DNA of 64,000 bases, taken from NCBI RefSeq assembly GCF_009914755.1, contig NC_060929.1, one strand, 5' to 3'. The translations under genes and the position numbers were made by a program. The notes under the pieces are model-generated. The model did no database searches. It was not told the origin of the DNA and was given only the letters and a program-made list of their open reading frames with translations. Of this stretch, positions 12,131 to 26,876 are shown one piece after another. Each line of letters starts with the position of its first letter. Position 1 is the stretch's first letter. Origin of the DNA: the human T2T-CHM13v2.0 reference genome, Homo sapiens.

Positions 12131-15100
12131 CCTCTTAGCATTTCTTGTAGTGCTGGTTTGGTAGTGGCAAAATCCCTCAGCATTTGTTTGTCTGAAAAAG
12201 ACTTTATCTCTCTCTTATTTAGGAAGCTTAGTTTTGCTGGACTTTGGCTGACAATTATTTTGTTTAAGGAGGCTAAAGACTGGACCTCAATCCCTTCTGG
12301 CTTGTACGGTACCTGCTGAGAAATCTGCTGTTAGTCTAATAGGTGTCCCTTTATAGGTTAGCTGAGGCTTTTGTCTCACAGCCCTGAAAATTCTTTCCTT
12401 TGTGTTGACTTTAGGTATCATAATAACTGTTTGCCTTAGTGATTATCTTTTGCAATTAATTTCCTAGGAGTTCTTTGAGCTTCTTATATTTGTATATGTA
12501 GATCTCTAGAAAGGCCAGGGAAGTTTTACTCAATTTTTCCCTCAAATAACTGTTTCAAACTTTTGGACTTCTCTTCTCCCTCAAACACTAATTATTTTTA
12601 GGTTTTACTGTTTTAAATAATCTTATATTTCTTGGAAACTTCTGTTGTTATATTATGGTATGTTTTTGATAGTAAACATGATGTTAGTAAATATGATGTT
12701 CATTTTTTATTGTTCTTTCTTTGTCTTTGTCTGATTGGGTTAATTCAAAAGCCTTGTCTGTAAGCTCTGAAATTCTTTCTCCTACTTGTTCTAGCCTATT
12801 GTTGAAACTTTTCAATGCAATTTGTATTTACCTAAGTGTGTTTTTCATTTCCAGAAGTTCTGATTGTTTTTTTCTTTATGATATCTATCTTTCTAAACAA
12901 TTTTTGCACTCATATCCTGGATTTGTTTTTTTTTTTTTCAGTTGTTTTTCACCTTTCTCTGGTATCTCCTTGAGTAGATTAATAATCAACCTTCTGAATT
13001 CTTTATCTTGCATTTCAAATATTTTATCTTGTTTTGGATTCATTGCTGGAGAACTAGTGTGATCTTTTGTGGGGATATAGAACCCTGTTTTAGTGTTATA
13101 GAATTCTGTTTTGTCATATTACCAGAATTACTTTTCTGATTCCTTCTCATTGAGTAGACTATTTCTTCAAATTTTTCTTGAATTTATTTTTGATTGGACT
13201 GTATTTTTTTATTTTTTCCCTCTTAAGGATCTAATTATTATAGTTTATTATAGCCTAATTTGATTCTTAATGCTTTTAGGTGTGAAGAATCTGTATGAGT
13301 TTCTCTGTGTGCTGGTATCCCAGATGCTGGTTGTAGTAGTTATGTATTTGGTGTGTGGGTGAGTTCACTGTCTCCTGTGGGGTTGGAATGGCAGGGATCT
13401 CTTGAAACTTATCTCATTGTGTACACTTTATTTATTTGTTCAAATTTTCCCCAGTATTTTATTTATTGAATTGATGATTCAGGCTTTAGGTCAATAAGGG
13501 AGGTATCCCTGGGTAGGCACTCATTGTAGCTAGAGCAGGTGGTTAGATGTAATACCTAATGGCGAGCAGAGGTCCCAGCCTTGAAGAAGGTGGCTGGGGT
13601 AGCTCTCAATTTGATGTGCTGAGGCTTTATCACGATGGAGGATGGGAGCTTCCTCAGCTCCCCTCCTAGGCAAGCAGGACATCTGTCCACCTCACAGCCT
13701 CACTTCTGTCCCAGTGTTCTAGCTATTTGTATTAGACAGGTACCTCTTTTCATTTGCAGGAATGTTAGCGAGGATTTGTAACTGCCTCTCATACAGGCTG
13801 AATCTGAAGAGTGCTCCTCCTGTGAGGCTGCAATGTCACTGAATTGTTCCAGGAAGACTGTCTATAGGTGCATCCATTCTGTGTTCCCATGGGAGAAGCC
13901 CCAGCTGTGTTTGCAGTTGTGTATCAGAGGGAACAAAGACTCCTTCTCCAAGACTCTTCATGATCACAAGGCGCCTGCTTATTGGGGTGGAAGTGCAAAC
14001 TTTCTCTACTGCACCCAGCACTGTAATTGTGTTTCTGCTGAAAGAAACTTCCCATCACTGGAAAAATCTGAGACTTATGATTTGCCATTCAGATTTTTTT
14101 GTCCCACAGGATGTCCCTTTGATATAGTGTCCTCCTCCTTCCCTTAGGAATAGAACTTCCTGAAAGCTAGACTGCAGTGATTGTTATGGCTCTTCTGGGT
14201 CTAGCCACCCAGTAGGACTACCAGACTCAGTTCTGGTTCTGAGGAATATCTGTAAGAGATCCATTGATGTGACCTGTCTTCATGTCTCCCAACAGTGGAT
14301 CCTAGCACCTGCTCTTATGGAGGTGGCAGGAGAGGGACATAGACTGAGATTCCTTGGTTGTAAGTAGGCTTACTGTGCTGGCTTATTCTAGTATTGAATC
14401 TCTCCTGTGGATGGACTCAGGACCTCTGGTTAGCCATTGCGTCATGGGCAGTGGTGATAACCGATATCACACAGCCATTTTTCTCCTTCCAGGGTACAGT
14501 GTTATTCTACCTAGAGGTGCTGTAATGGCCTATGTTGGCTGGCCTCCAGCCAGGCAGTGGTGTTTGCAGAAGAGCACCAGCAGCAGTAGTAGTAGTGGGA
14601 TTTGAGCTTGGCTTAAGTTTCCCAGGAGAAGTATTCTAGTTTTTCAGAGAATAGGCAGGGTCATAAAGCTCCCAAAAGTTTATGTCCTTTGTGTTAAGCT
14701 ACCAGGGTGGTGGAGAAATATTACCAGGTGGGGGCAGGTTTAAGTGGGTCTAAGCTCAGACTATCCTTGGGCAGGGCAGGCCGCAGCCCCTGTGGTAGAC
14801 AGGCTGGTTCTCAGGCTGCTGGGGTAATGTTCCAGAGAGGAGTATAACTGCCACTAATGCTTAGAAGAGTTTGCAAAGGGAGTGGGGAGTAGTGGGAAGC
14901 AGCAAGCCTCACTCAGCCCCCACACAGTCGGTGAGGCCAGTCTCACTCCCACAGTGCTCTGCTAAAAGCACTAGGTTTAGATCCAGGCAGCCTGAGCACA
15001 GAACTCAGATTGCCCTGGCCATAAGCTTCCCTGCAGAGAAAGCAAGCATGACTCTCAGGCCACGTCCCTCCTTGTCTGCTGCAAGGCTGGGTGCCCACCT

Positions 15101-18029
15101 CCTATGCTCCTGTCTGTAACACACTTTCCACTCTTTCCCAGGTTCTGTTCAAGGGAGTTTGTCACCACTTGAGATTATATCACAAAATCCAGTTGGGGGC
15201 ATCTTTCACCCTGGGACCTCTCCTGGAGCTCATTGGCTGAGGGCCCCTGTGAAATACAGTCAGAGATGGCTTCCCTTGGTCCACTCTGGAGACTGGGAAT
15301 GCCTATGAGGCACTTCCTATTGCTGCTGCTGCTTTTATATTTCATGCCACTCCCTAAATCCATTGCAGCTTTTGGTAGAATTAAGGGTTTCTTAAACCAT
15401 GGCCTGGATTTTCAGATTCCCTGGTAGGGATGTGTGCTTGGAGATAGGGATGCTTGTGTTTTTGGGATGTGTGCTTGTGTGCTTGGGATGTGTGCTTCCC
15501 TCTCACACTCTGGATACTTACGGTTTTTCACCTGTCTCACAAAGCAGGCTGCAGTCTGCCACTTCTTTCAAAGAGTCTGTGGATTCTTCTGGTTTTCCTT
15601 TTAAGCTCCTGTGGTGGTTCTCAGGGGAAGAAAAATCTCTACCCACTATTCTGTTCTTCCAAGTGTGAGAGGCAAACTAACACTGCCTTCTATCTGCCAT
15701 CTCGGAAAAGAAAAACAATCTTTATGCATTAAGCCAAGATTTTTCCTAAGCAACATCACAAAATGTTCTTCAGCTACAGTGGCCTGAAATAATACTGTAT
15801 TATGGCATTAGTCACAATTTTAAATGGATTACATTGGATAACCAGGAACAGCGGCAACAAATGCAACAGTTGTTCAAAAAAGCAGTCAAGTCTGGAACTC
15901 TCTGGCCTGTAAAACACTCTTTTGTCTAAACTCCTTCTCTGTTCATGAGGATGGAATGGGTTACCTGGTTGTCTTTGTGTTCCCCCCTTGGATACAGAAA
16001 CATTGGTTATAATATTTTGTAGGTATGTAGACAAAGAAGATGGTATTTACTTTCACTTTCACCTTTATTAGGTCCTCAAAAGAGATTAAAAGAATGACAC
16101 CAGTTAGTACTAACATAAATTATTTGAAACTTTCCAGTGCTTTCCATCACTGACGAAGATCTGACTTTATGGAAGAAGCCAACTTAACCTTTAAAATTGG
16201 CATTCTGAATCCTTAATCATAACTAATTCACACCACTAACATCATGTTTACTATCAAGAACATGCCATAATGTAACAACAGAAGTAAGGAATATATTTTA
16301 AAAATTAAATAGTTTAGTTTTTTCTTTTATTGATTATCCTACTTTTGACTGTTAAAAATCAGAAATGCAAAAGCAGATATAAGTTTAACTGACATAATGG
16401 TAGGATCATATCTCATATGCAACTCAGTTTTCTAAGGTTTTACTTAAGATGTTTATAACTCAAACAGTTACCAGTAAACCTGTAGGACTATTTCACTAAC
16501 TTGATAAACCTATGCATAGTATTTCAAAAAAGAGCTAGAAGTTTTCTTTGTGGTTTAGTCACTTCAGAAAGAGGGAGAAGTTTGGGTTTGGGATCAGAAA
16601 GCCACCTGTAAGGAATGTGGAATTCCTTACAATCATTGGTCCCCAAACTAAAAGGATAATAATTTCAGAACATAATATAATAAAATGGACTTACATATAT
16701 CTGAAAATGGTTTTAGTGCAGTGGACATTTCTATTGTTTGAAAATATGACTGCATTAATTCTAATGATTTCTAAAATTACATTTTCTGGCAAATATAGCA
16801 TTTGAATTGCCTGGATTCAAAGGGAGAAAAAGAGTTTTCAATTTGTTCATGGCAGAAAGGCTATCAAAATATTCATAGTATGCTTATGAATATTATGGCA
16901 TCAAGCTCCTCTATTTTGTTCAGTTCTTAAGCTGGAATCTCAGCTAAATGTGTGAAATTATTTGACTATATCTGAGTTTCATGCACTGATGCTTACGTTC
17001 TTTTATAGTACAAAAAGGTTTTGAGGCATGGAAAGGATTAATAAAGCCAGTTATGTTTAAATTAATTATGGTTTATAGCTTGGTAATGTGTATATATCCA
17101 TGCTCTTTAGAAACAAAGAGGGAGCTCAAAAAGTGCATCTTGAATCAAACGAAACAATTTTACAGCTGAAATAGCAATTTCCTACCTCTAAATGTATATA
17201 GCTATTATATCCAAGATGTTTTCTTTTTAGAGTTCCAAAGTAATATTTTGCACAATCCCTGGGAGTTTCAGTCAAAATAGCACAGTGGAGTTTCATCTGG
17301 CCAACAAATGGTCAGAGCAGTTATAATCAGAGCTAACAGCCCTCTTGAATTTGAACTGTCCCCGATATGTTTCAGTTGTTGTCATTTTAAATGTGGTGTG
17401 AATCTTTACGTTGATACTTACATATATAAGCATATTTCTTACGAACCAGGGTTTTGGCAAGATGTGAGAAAAAAAGAGAAGAGAGGGGACGTGAAAAATA
17501 ACTAAAGAATAGACAAAAATAAATATATAATATCTTTATCCTTTCAAAATGCGTGAGCATACACAAATTTGTGCAAATACACCTATGCACACACTCATAT
17601 ATACACATATATACATTGATTTTTTTGATACTTCTCTAAAGAAAAGTATGGGGGGGAAAACAAAAACCAAAATGCATGATTTACAGCAAATACTCCTGTT
17701 TTCTCCTTGAAATTCAACTTCTTACTCGTTTGTGCTTCCTTAACCCACTCATGTTTTCCCCCCCACCATGTAAACTTCTCAATTCACTGGGAGAAATTAC
17801 TTTACAACCCTAAATTTGTTGAACATTCTCTCTATACACTAACAGTTTTGTTCCCATAATAGAAACCTCTTAAAGCGTGACAGGAAAGCTCATCATATCA
17901 TGCATAATTTCATAGTCAGCCAGATATTTAAATTGGAAGAGAAAATATGAGTTATTTCACATTATCCAAACCTACCCTTGCCAAGTGATAAGACATTATA
18001 GTACAAAATAATACCACTTTTAATAGCAT

Positions 18030-18270
18030 CAATTTTTTGAGGATGACCTGTGTCAGGCATTACATTATTACTCACCACTACGTTATTAGAAATGTATTAT
18101 TATTGACATTTTGCAGACAAGAAAACCAACACTTAGGAGGTTAATTACATGATTCTGACCCTGATCCAAACTCTAACCCTGATGCCAGGATAAAGAAGTC
18201 CATCATGGAATTGAGATTTGAATTTTATTGTATTTTACTCCAAATCCCTAACTTTCCCCACTACTGCCTG
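18030..18270 (-). mobile_element. MIR SINE, diverged
   Basis: Core tattattattgacattttgcagacaagaaaaccaacacttaggaggttaatta. Confidence 0.6.
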
Positions 18271-18676
18271 TCCTACATTTTCATGCATCAGCTACTATTT
18301 TAATTATATGGCAGGTATACATTTATGAAGAGAAGAGCAGCAGTACATTTATGAGAGAATAACAACATTTAGGAAATAAGACACAGAAATCCAATTACAG
18401 AACATTTTACTGCGTGGAAAATATAAACAGCACATGCGTATCTAAATTTTCTGGGCTCACTGAGATGAATTCTAACCATAACTCAAATATTTACACCAGA
18501 GGCATTTCACACTTTTTCTATCTCCCAGTTACCAGGTCATTTACACTTTCCCACAAACAAGGAATAAGAATGTTGTTAATTGGCCAGGCACTGGTGACTG
18601 ATGCTAAATGCTATGAAATCTACTTTATGCCTGATCTCAATAATGTGTCAAGATACAGAAAAGCTGAAGATTCTTT

Positions 18677-18722
18677 TGTGTGTGTGTGTGTGTGTGTGTG
18701 CGTGTGTGTGTATGTGTATGTA
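18677..18722. repeat. (TG)n microsatellite
   Basis: Visible directly in the sequence. Confidence 0.9.
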
Positions 18723-21680
18723 TAGGTCCAAATTTATTAAGTTACTTTAAGTGTATACGGTTTATCGCATGTCAATTATACCCCAATAAAGCAGTTTTTG
18801 AAAAGTTTAGAAGCATAAAAGGTGTGCTTCATGGAGAAAAGAAGCAACTAAAATATTGGCAAAAACAAAATTGTCCATTATACAACCAAAATGACAAAAG
18901 TAACAGGCCAACTTACTTGAGGGAGCTGAAAAAAGCAGGAATCTGGGTCCTGTGGAGAATACTGAACAGATACACCAACTCCGGACCTATTAACTCCTGA
19001 CATCTTCTAGTGGAGGAAAATACATGACTAACAACTAATTAGTTAAGAAATTTTATATTGGTTTCTCTGTTATACGCAGCTGCTTGCAATACAGACTGAT
19101 AAAAATGTTAAGTTATTATGGATAGAAGTCAGCTGAGAAATGTCAAGACAGAATCAATTTGCTTCAGAAATATGGGCTGATAAAAACAAATTGGAAGAAT
19201 TAACATAGCATAGCAGTACAAGGGAAAGACAAATGATACCAGGAACCAAGAGTGATTAATAGTTATTTTAAGATAGTTGGGTCCCCTAAAAATCCTAGAT
19301 ATTTGGGTTCAATGGGTGATGAATGGATAGCATGGAGCTAAAACCAGAAAAGTTACAACCAGGAAGGATACAGAAGAGAAGGAGATGTCCATAAGCATGA
19401 ATAATGGCACTCATGTGTTACCCATAGGTGATCTGATGATCATGGCAAAATGCAAGGCACTTTGGTCACCAAAGCAAATATAGGAACCCAAATCTAGTCA
19501 TCAAGACAAAGTTCTGCATAAGAGCTTACTTTAAAAGAATCACCAATTCTTAGCAAAGCTGGTTAAACAATATTAAGGAAATGAACAGAGTGCAAGAATT
19601 GGAAAAGGCCTAGTAAGAAACAAATACCAGAATACCAGTCCAGGTAAATGTTAGGAATTCAAAGTGACAAGACCAGAGCTAACAGTATCAAGGGAAACCA
19701 CATAAGAGCTGGGCCAAGAAAGCATCATTTTCATAGCAGAATGCAGCCAAAATATTTATTAATTTTGATTAAAAGCTGAGTAAGATGATATATGCAGAAA
19801 CGAAGGCAAACAAATTGCTTAACACAAAATTCTGATAATGATAATTCTGATATGATAAAAGGAAATAATTAGCTATGTAATTGTTTCAGTTGCTTTTTGT
19901 ATAGGAATAGTAACTTAAAACAATGCAGATATATAAAGAGCATTTTTCAAAAGTTGCTAATACCCTCATCTTTACAGCAGGATTTAATTAATTAATAATA
20001 TGTATTATTATTTGTATAATATTATTATACAAATTATTATTAGCAGTATAATAGTATGAATGTATTTATTCCAATTTATCTGTGAAAATTTGGCAAAAAT
20101 AATTTGAGACTTTTGTTTCACCCATTTTAAAAAATATGGTATAACTGAATCCATGAGAAATTACTTTATATTAAAGGCCAAGTAACCTAACACAAGTATC
20201 CAAGTTACAACCATAACTTTAATTATCTGGACACACAGAATAAGCTATCCTATTCAGTGGGATCAAAATTAATATGCTGGCTATTTTAAAAAATAGTTCA
20301 TGGGAGATTTCATAAAATAAAGTTTGCAGTATTGTCAGGTTATTCTCAGTCAATAAATGACTTAAATGCTTAATGTAAAATTTTGAATTTTAAGTTAATA
20401 AATAGATATCATTCCTCTAAGGCTCAGTTTTATGACTTTTTTCTCACAAGTTTCAAACCAACTAAGAAATGCTTTACTAATAATCTTTTGACATAGGGCC
20501 AATGTCTTTTCTTTGAACATGTGTGGGCTGACTGAAGTAACCTGTTACCTTTCCTTAATTAGCCACGCCCATGATAAGCTATCTCCAATTGATTTCAAAT
20601 TTTGCTTTCTTTAAAGTGGAATAAAGACCTAACCTAAAAACCACTTGAGAAGCAATCTAACTGCAAAGTCTTTTTTTAGTTTAATGATTTTTCCGCCCAC
20701 ACTTAATAGAATTTTAAAAAGCAACTCACCCTCATCAAGTTATTCCAAAGTATTCAGCAAAGTTTTAAGAGAAACAATTTTCTTTTTATTTATTTTGTAT
20801 AGGTTTATATAAAATGTGTTTAAATTATGTAATTGCAAAATGTGTGCAACTGACCTAAATGGCTTTGGAAAAAAAACACAATTAACCCTAAGTCTAGTGT
20901 ACAGAGAGTATGTCTTTGGGGCAATGCAGCAATATTCAACAATCTTCCTGGGTTTGAGGAATTTCCAACATTATGAGTTTAGTCTTCCCTGAAGTAGCAG
21001 CTAGAAATTTTCTTGGTCAACCTGCCTTGCTTATAAGATGTGGGCACATTAGGAAGGAGATAAATGACCTAGATTTGCTTTCTGTTCAGAAGTGTTAGCT
21101 ACAGGAATTGATTTTTTAGTGGGAGTGGTGGTGAAGCTTTCCAGCATTTAAGCAGCAGAGACAGTGGTTCTGAAATTAGGTTGTCAGTTACTAACTTTGA
21201 CTTTCAATAGCTCGAAGATGCCTGAGTGCATAAACTCGAAGCAACTGTTGAACTGTTTACGCCATATCCTTTCCCATGAAACAAGGATCCCTAGGACAAA
21301 AGGGAAGTGCCAACCTGAAGCATGTGCTTCTAAAACATATGTGGCAACTCAAAACCCCAACATTTCTTGGCTAATGGACTTTTTTGTTGGGCCTCTTTAA
21401 GCTTCTTGTTGGGTCAGTCCTCCCAAAGGCAGACTGCACCACAAATATGTGTATCTCCTAGGTCACAGAGATATAGGTGTAGATAATGTTTATGAGGCCC
21501 TACTTAGGTAAAATGGAGTCAAATGTAGGAAGAGAGTGAAGGTCATGTTCAGAATTGTGCATTTTGCTCCAGCCCCCAACAAATGTTAGGGCAATACTGC
21601 CTGAAAGCCAGCTATTCTAGCCTTCCAAGAGGTGCTGTGAGCTATCTGGTATTTTGGATAAATAATTTTTCTACTTAAAC

Positions 21681-22250
21681 TGAGGCAGATAAGTAGTCAA
21701 GGAAGTGATCATGTCCTCAGGACGCAGCAACCATGGTGAGCATACAATCAACACAATAAGCCTTAGCATTCACATAGTTGGGCCCATTCAAGCAAAGCTA
21801 TCTTCAGTAGGGAATTTCCCCTGTAGACAGCATGTGCACTTTGATTTTACCTGTCCTTAAAGTAACCTCCTAAAAAACACACCCTTAGGTGGAGATTTAA
21901 GATGCTAATGAGACCTGCGATGTATGAACAAGCATGTACAGCTACTGTGCAAGGGCACCCAAAGGAACACGCAGAACATGCTTACTAGCAACACCTCTTT
22001 TCACCTCCTTAAGAATAATCACGTAAGACTCCTAAAAAGGGAGTCTCCCTAGTGCCAGTCTTTGCTGTCTCATCCTTATGAGCAGCCGCCCTGAATTCTC
22101 TCTCAGGGCATGCTGTCTATTCTGCACTTAACTTTCAAAACATTCTTTTCTTTTTGCAATAGATTATTCTGTGTTACATCTCCTTTGCTCTCGTTTAAAT
22201 TCTTTTAAACTAAGAAGACAAGAATTGAGGTCTCACATCAGCAACCAACA
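21681..22250 (+). mobile_element. ERV1-class solo LTR (570 bp) inserted in an older MLT-type LTR
   Basis: TG...CA termini and 4-bp TSD aaac (21677-21680, 22251-22254). Rejoined flanks resemble an MLT 3' end. Subfamily not assigned. Confidence 0.8.
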
Positions 22251-24398
22251 AAACTAGCTGCTTCAGTATAGGGAACTAACAACCCTGACTGACTGTTGTA
22301 AGCCTGTAAGCAACAAATAAGGGTGAAGCCTGCAGGTTTACTAGAGGGATAATTCTTTGTTGTGAATATTCAGTTTCTGAAACATGGTCTATTTGCTTTC
22401 AAGGTCAAAAGAGAGACAAAACAAACCAGTGGGTAAATTATGTGATGGTTGGTCAAGAGAGCTTCTACTGTATTTCTTATGACCAAATATTTGGACTTTA
22501 GTTGTAATTTATGTCCAAGGGTGACCCAGAGAGATAGATGGAGATGCTACAGTACTTTTGTAGGCAGATTTGTAGAATGAGAAGAGAAATTGTTGGACTA
22601 AAATATTAAATGATAATATTCTCTGTCATTCTGTCGAGTAGGCTCCAAAATAACTTCAAATCACGTAACAAAAACTAGCATCCTGGAGTTTTATTCTAAA
22701 AGATTAGTTCATTATAAAAGCCAAAAATTTACATAATTGGACAATAACAAGTGCAAGATAAATAGTAACAATACCAACATAGTAGCTATTGCATTTACTA
22801 TTGTCAACATATAATAAATAAATATTATTCTAGATTTTCTAAAAGTCCAAGTCAATAGCAAGAAAAAAGAGCTTTACCATGTCATTTTAAAGCACACTAA
22901 AATTTCTTAATTAGGGCTAGTGTAAGACATTTCTTCCTTTTGCTGATCAAGCAAACACATGAATTTTTTTCTTATTTCTTTTTTTTTCTTTTTTTCTGGA
23001 TATAGTATAAGAATTCTCAATAATTAAATTAATGGGAATGTATTTTTATTATAACTTTATTTCAGTTAAAGATTGCATGTGAAAAATAATGAATCACTTG
23101 TATTTAGTAAATTAAGTTTGTAATTTTTCTGTTGAAATTTATGAATTATGATTTTACAAAAGATTATCTATCATACACACTATTACTGAATTATGTCTAG
23201 GTATTGAAAAATAAGTGAATTAAAACTCTACATTAGTCAAATTTACTCTCAGTCCTTTGAGCCCAAAAGTTTTTTGACATACTTAAAATTGAGAACAATT
23301 AAAAATATTGGACATTTTTAAAGGCATTGGTGTCTACAGAAAAAAATGAGTTGAGGTTAATTTCCACATTAATAAAGCTGGAAATAGCATGTTATGAGCA
23401 GGAAATTTACTTACTGTGCTGCATCTTCAATAGACCTGTACTATCTAAATTTCCAGTAATGCACTTTAGTAACAATAACAATTTAATGGATATTAAACGA
23501 GAATCTATGCAGAATAGAGATCTGTTTTAACTGAGATAGGCATGCAAGCCTGTAAATGAGTTTCCTATATTGGATGCTATTTTCTAACTCAGGCATGTAA
23601 GAATAATTATTTTTATTTCTAAACAATTTTCAAATTGAACATAGGTAAGCCTAAGATTTTCTGTACTTAGTTTTTTGGAAAGTTGTAAAGATGGCAAAAG
23701 ATTCAGGTATTTAACATTATATTTATTTTCTTCAGTGGAAAACAATGACCTCCAAACAAGGCATGGCTATTTACTTTCTAATATTGTTTAGCTAGCTTTT
23801 TCTGTTCACCAGTCTTACTAAAGTCATTAATTATCTATGTTAACACAGATTTAATGCAAATAATAAAAATACTATCGTTAACTTTAGGTAACATCAACTC
23901 ATAGTTTATAACTTTACATAGAAAATAATGAAAACACCATACATGTGCTACCTCCCAGTGGTTATTGATAGGAACTGCTCTATTAATTGCAAAATAGAGA
24001 TTGAAGCTGGTCATTTTTATTTTGTATTCTTGAAAATAGTTATTCAAAAGTAAATGTTCAAAAAAGTCCTAAGGTGGATTGTAGTTGATGTAATAAACTT
24101 TTCTGGGCAGGGGAATCGAGATAATGGGACCAGAAATAATTTTTAAAGTAAACTGATATTTATAGTCCAGATAATAGTGTACTTCTCTAAATGTATTATA
24201 ATGAATGTTTTATCTTTATTATAGCATTGAGGTTTTGTTAATAAATCTTTGCAATAAATCTTTGTTTCCAGTACACAAATACTTATAAAATTTTTATAGC
24301 ATCCAATATTATTAAGTAGATCATGCTAGGAAAGAGAAAATGGAAAAAAAAAAGACAAAAGGAAAGACTTGAAACATTTAAAAGAAATTGAAGAAATA

Positions 24399-24701
<303 letters not shown>

Positions 24702-25344
24702 CTTCCCTGATGTTTTATTGAAAAAAAAACACAAACAATCTCTCTCTTTTTTAAGCCCTTCCTTTATCTATTTTAAAGATTATGCAATAAATTTTTGGAA
24801 AGTTGCTTTCTTATTATTATGAAAATATCAATGGCTATGAATAAACATTAAGACATAACATTGTGTTAGTAAAGACTTGAAACTCTGACAAGATCCTTAT
24901 CTGTAGACAAGGAAGATGGCTAGAAATATGCATACCCATATACATGTACTCACAGAGACACACAAACTCACAAATACATATGGGCAACATCACAAAAGAA
25001 TGAGAGTCCTTTATCAAACTGAGTTCCAACTTGAAAATATGACCAAGGTTATTGAAATAAGCCTGCATCCTAAATTCACCTATAGCTTCCAGAAAGCTAT
25101 TCTACCTCTGCCCCCAATCCTCTCCATTACATTGAGCTGGATCTCTTCATGCCACCCTAATTCTATCTGACTTTGAATTTACTCTTCTGATTTGAGCTAT
25201 ATATCAGTCATCTGTTCTGATTCATAGGATAGTAATTTCTTAATCCCTCTTAAGAGTTTAGCTTAAATTCTTTCAGGTCTTCCCTTCACTAACACTTAAA
25301 CCAGTTTCTTGCTGTAACTCATTTTTATCACATTTTGATCCTGT

Positions 25345-25545
25345 CTAAATTGTGTTTCTCAAATTTTTTTACGCAAAAGAATCACCTGAGCTACTTATTT
25401 TATAATGTAATTTCCTGGTTGCTACCTCTTCCCCTCCACCTTCTGGAGATTCCCAGAGGAATTAGGTCTGAGGAGGGGCCCAAAATTCTGGATTTTAATA
25501 AAACTACAACATGGCTCTTGCAAGTTTGATAAATATTTGCCTATC
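25345..25545. mobile_element. MER5A-like DNA transposon relic
   Basis: tgtttctcaaa...agaatcacctgag...taggtctgaggaggggcccaaaattctggattttaataa. Confidence 0.55.
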
Positions 25546-26533
25546 AATGACCTATCTAGAGCCAACTATATTCTAGCACCCTGTGATTCAGTTACAGTTT
25601 CTATAGTATTTTTATCTTTCCCCACATACAAATAAAGCTACCAAAAACTGAGACTGATCTATAGAGGTAGAAAATTGGATTGAACTCATAAAATAAGAGT
25701 GTCTTTGCCCACTAGGGGTTATTTTATACATGTGTCTTTATGCTTCTGAGATCTACCATGCAACATATCAATCTGCAGATTTGGAACCTCTCAATATTTT
25801 AGTTTAGTTAAGTCCCCAGGCAAGAGAATATCTTAAGAACATTCTTATTCAAACAGCTTGTAGCTCTGTAAGAAATTCTATTTACTTATTCAAAGTAATT
25901 ACCTTATGAATTCCTATTGCCTATTTTAGCCTGGGTTCATGGCTCTTTGTTCTCTTAGCCTTTATCTTGATCATCTTTTTCCTTCTTCTCAACACCCAAA
26001 ATTTGATCAATTGCCTGCCAAGACTTATACTATCTCATTGTTCTCTGTCTTAATTGATCCCACTGGAGTGGTGCACTTATTCTACAATAATTGCTATATT
26101 TCTCTACTGTATAGATGAATTCCAAGTCCTGGTCTATGTCAGTTATCCCAGTTCAGTGGTTGCCAAAGTTTTAGTTTGCCATCAAACATTTCTATCATAA
26201 ATAATCATGACCTTTGCCTTCTAGTCCCTTCTGCTCCTCCCCCCATATAGGGAAATAGTTCTAGAAATTCAAAAAAGAGGCTCTGATTGCCTCCTGTATC
26301 CTTTAACCCCAATCATTACTCTCTTAAATGATATGCCACCAATTATTTGATAAGCCTCTTTCATGGAATCTTATGTGATTCTACTTAATCCCACACAGGG
26401 AATCAGACTATTAGAACCCCTGAATCAATATTTTCCCAACCTGAAGGGTGGAAAACAACATTTTGAACTTTCTGTAATTCAAACTAAAATATCAGGGTCT
26501 TCAACAGTATTTCTTAAATAACTCAAGGAGTAC

Positions 26534-26876
26534 TGTTTTAGTTAATGTTGCCATAAAAAAAACCCTGAAACTGGATAATTTATAAAGAACAAATATTTAT
26601 ATCTCACAGTTCTAGAGGATGGGAAGTCCAAGATCAAGGCAAAAGGCAAAGGCATTGTGAGAGGGCATTCTTGCTGTGCCCTTACATGGCAAAGGCAGAA
26701 AGGGGCAAACCCACTCCTGCAAGTGCTTTTTATAGCAGCATTAATCCATTTGTGAAGGCAAAGCTCTCATTAGCTAAACACCACCCATTAGGCCCCAACT
26801 CACAACACCGTTGCATTGGGGATTAAGTCTCCAGCACATTAATCGGGTTGGGAGGATGCACATTGAGACCATAGCA
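26534..26876 (-). mobile_element. MaLR solo LTR (MSTB/MSTD-like)
   Basis: ctggataatttataaagaacaaa...ctcacagttctagaggatgggaagtccaagatcaagg...accatagca, with near TSD agtac/aatac. Confidence 0.85.

Larger units (their letters stand above)
8048..15705 (-). mobile_element. L1PB/L1MA-age LINE-1: long 5' UTR, ORF1 and ORF2 up to the RT domain; 3' part missing; hosts an Alu and an L1PA
   Basis: ORF2 fragments ([10 protein letters not shown] 8247-8591; FYEASITLI...[10 protein letters not shown] 8616-8870; SDHSGIKLEI 9749-9982), ORF1 C-terminus ([14 protein letters not shown] at ~12183) and a 5' end reading gagatggcagatagaaggcag on the minus strand. Confidence 0.88.

Noticed and set aside
23410-23550. 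Possible minus-strand exon (acceptor ~23549, gtaagt donor ~23413)
   Set aside because: Weak polypyrimidine tract and no other support.
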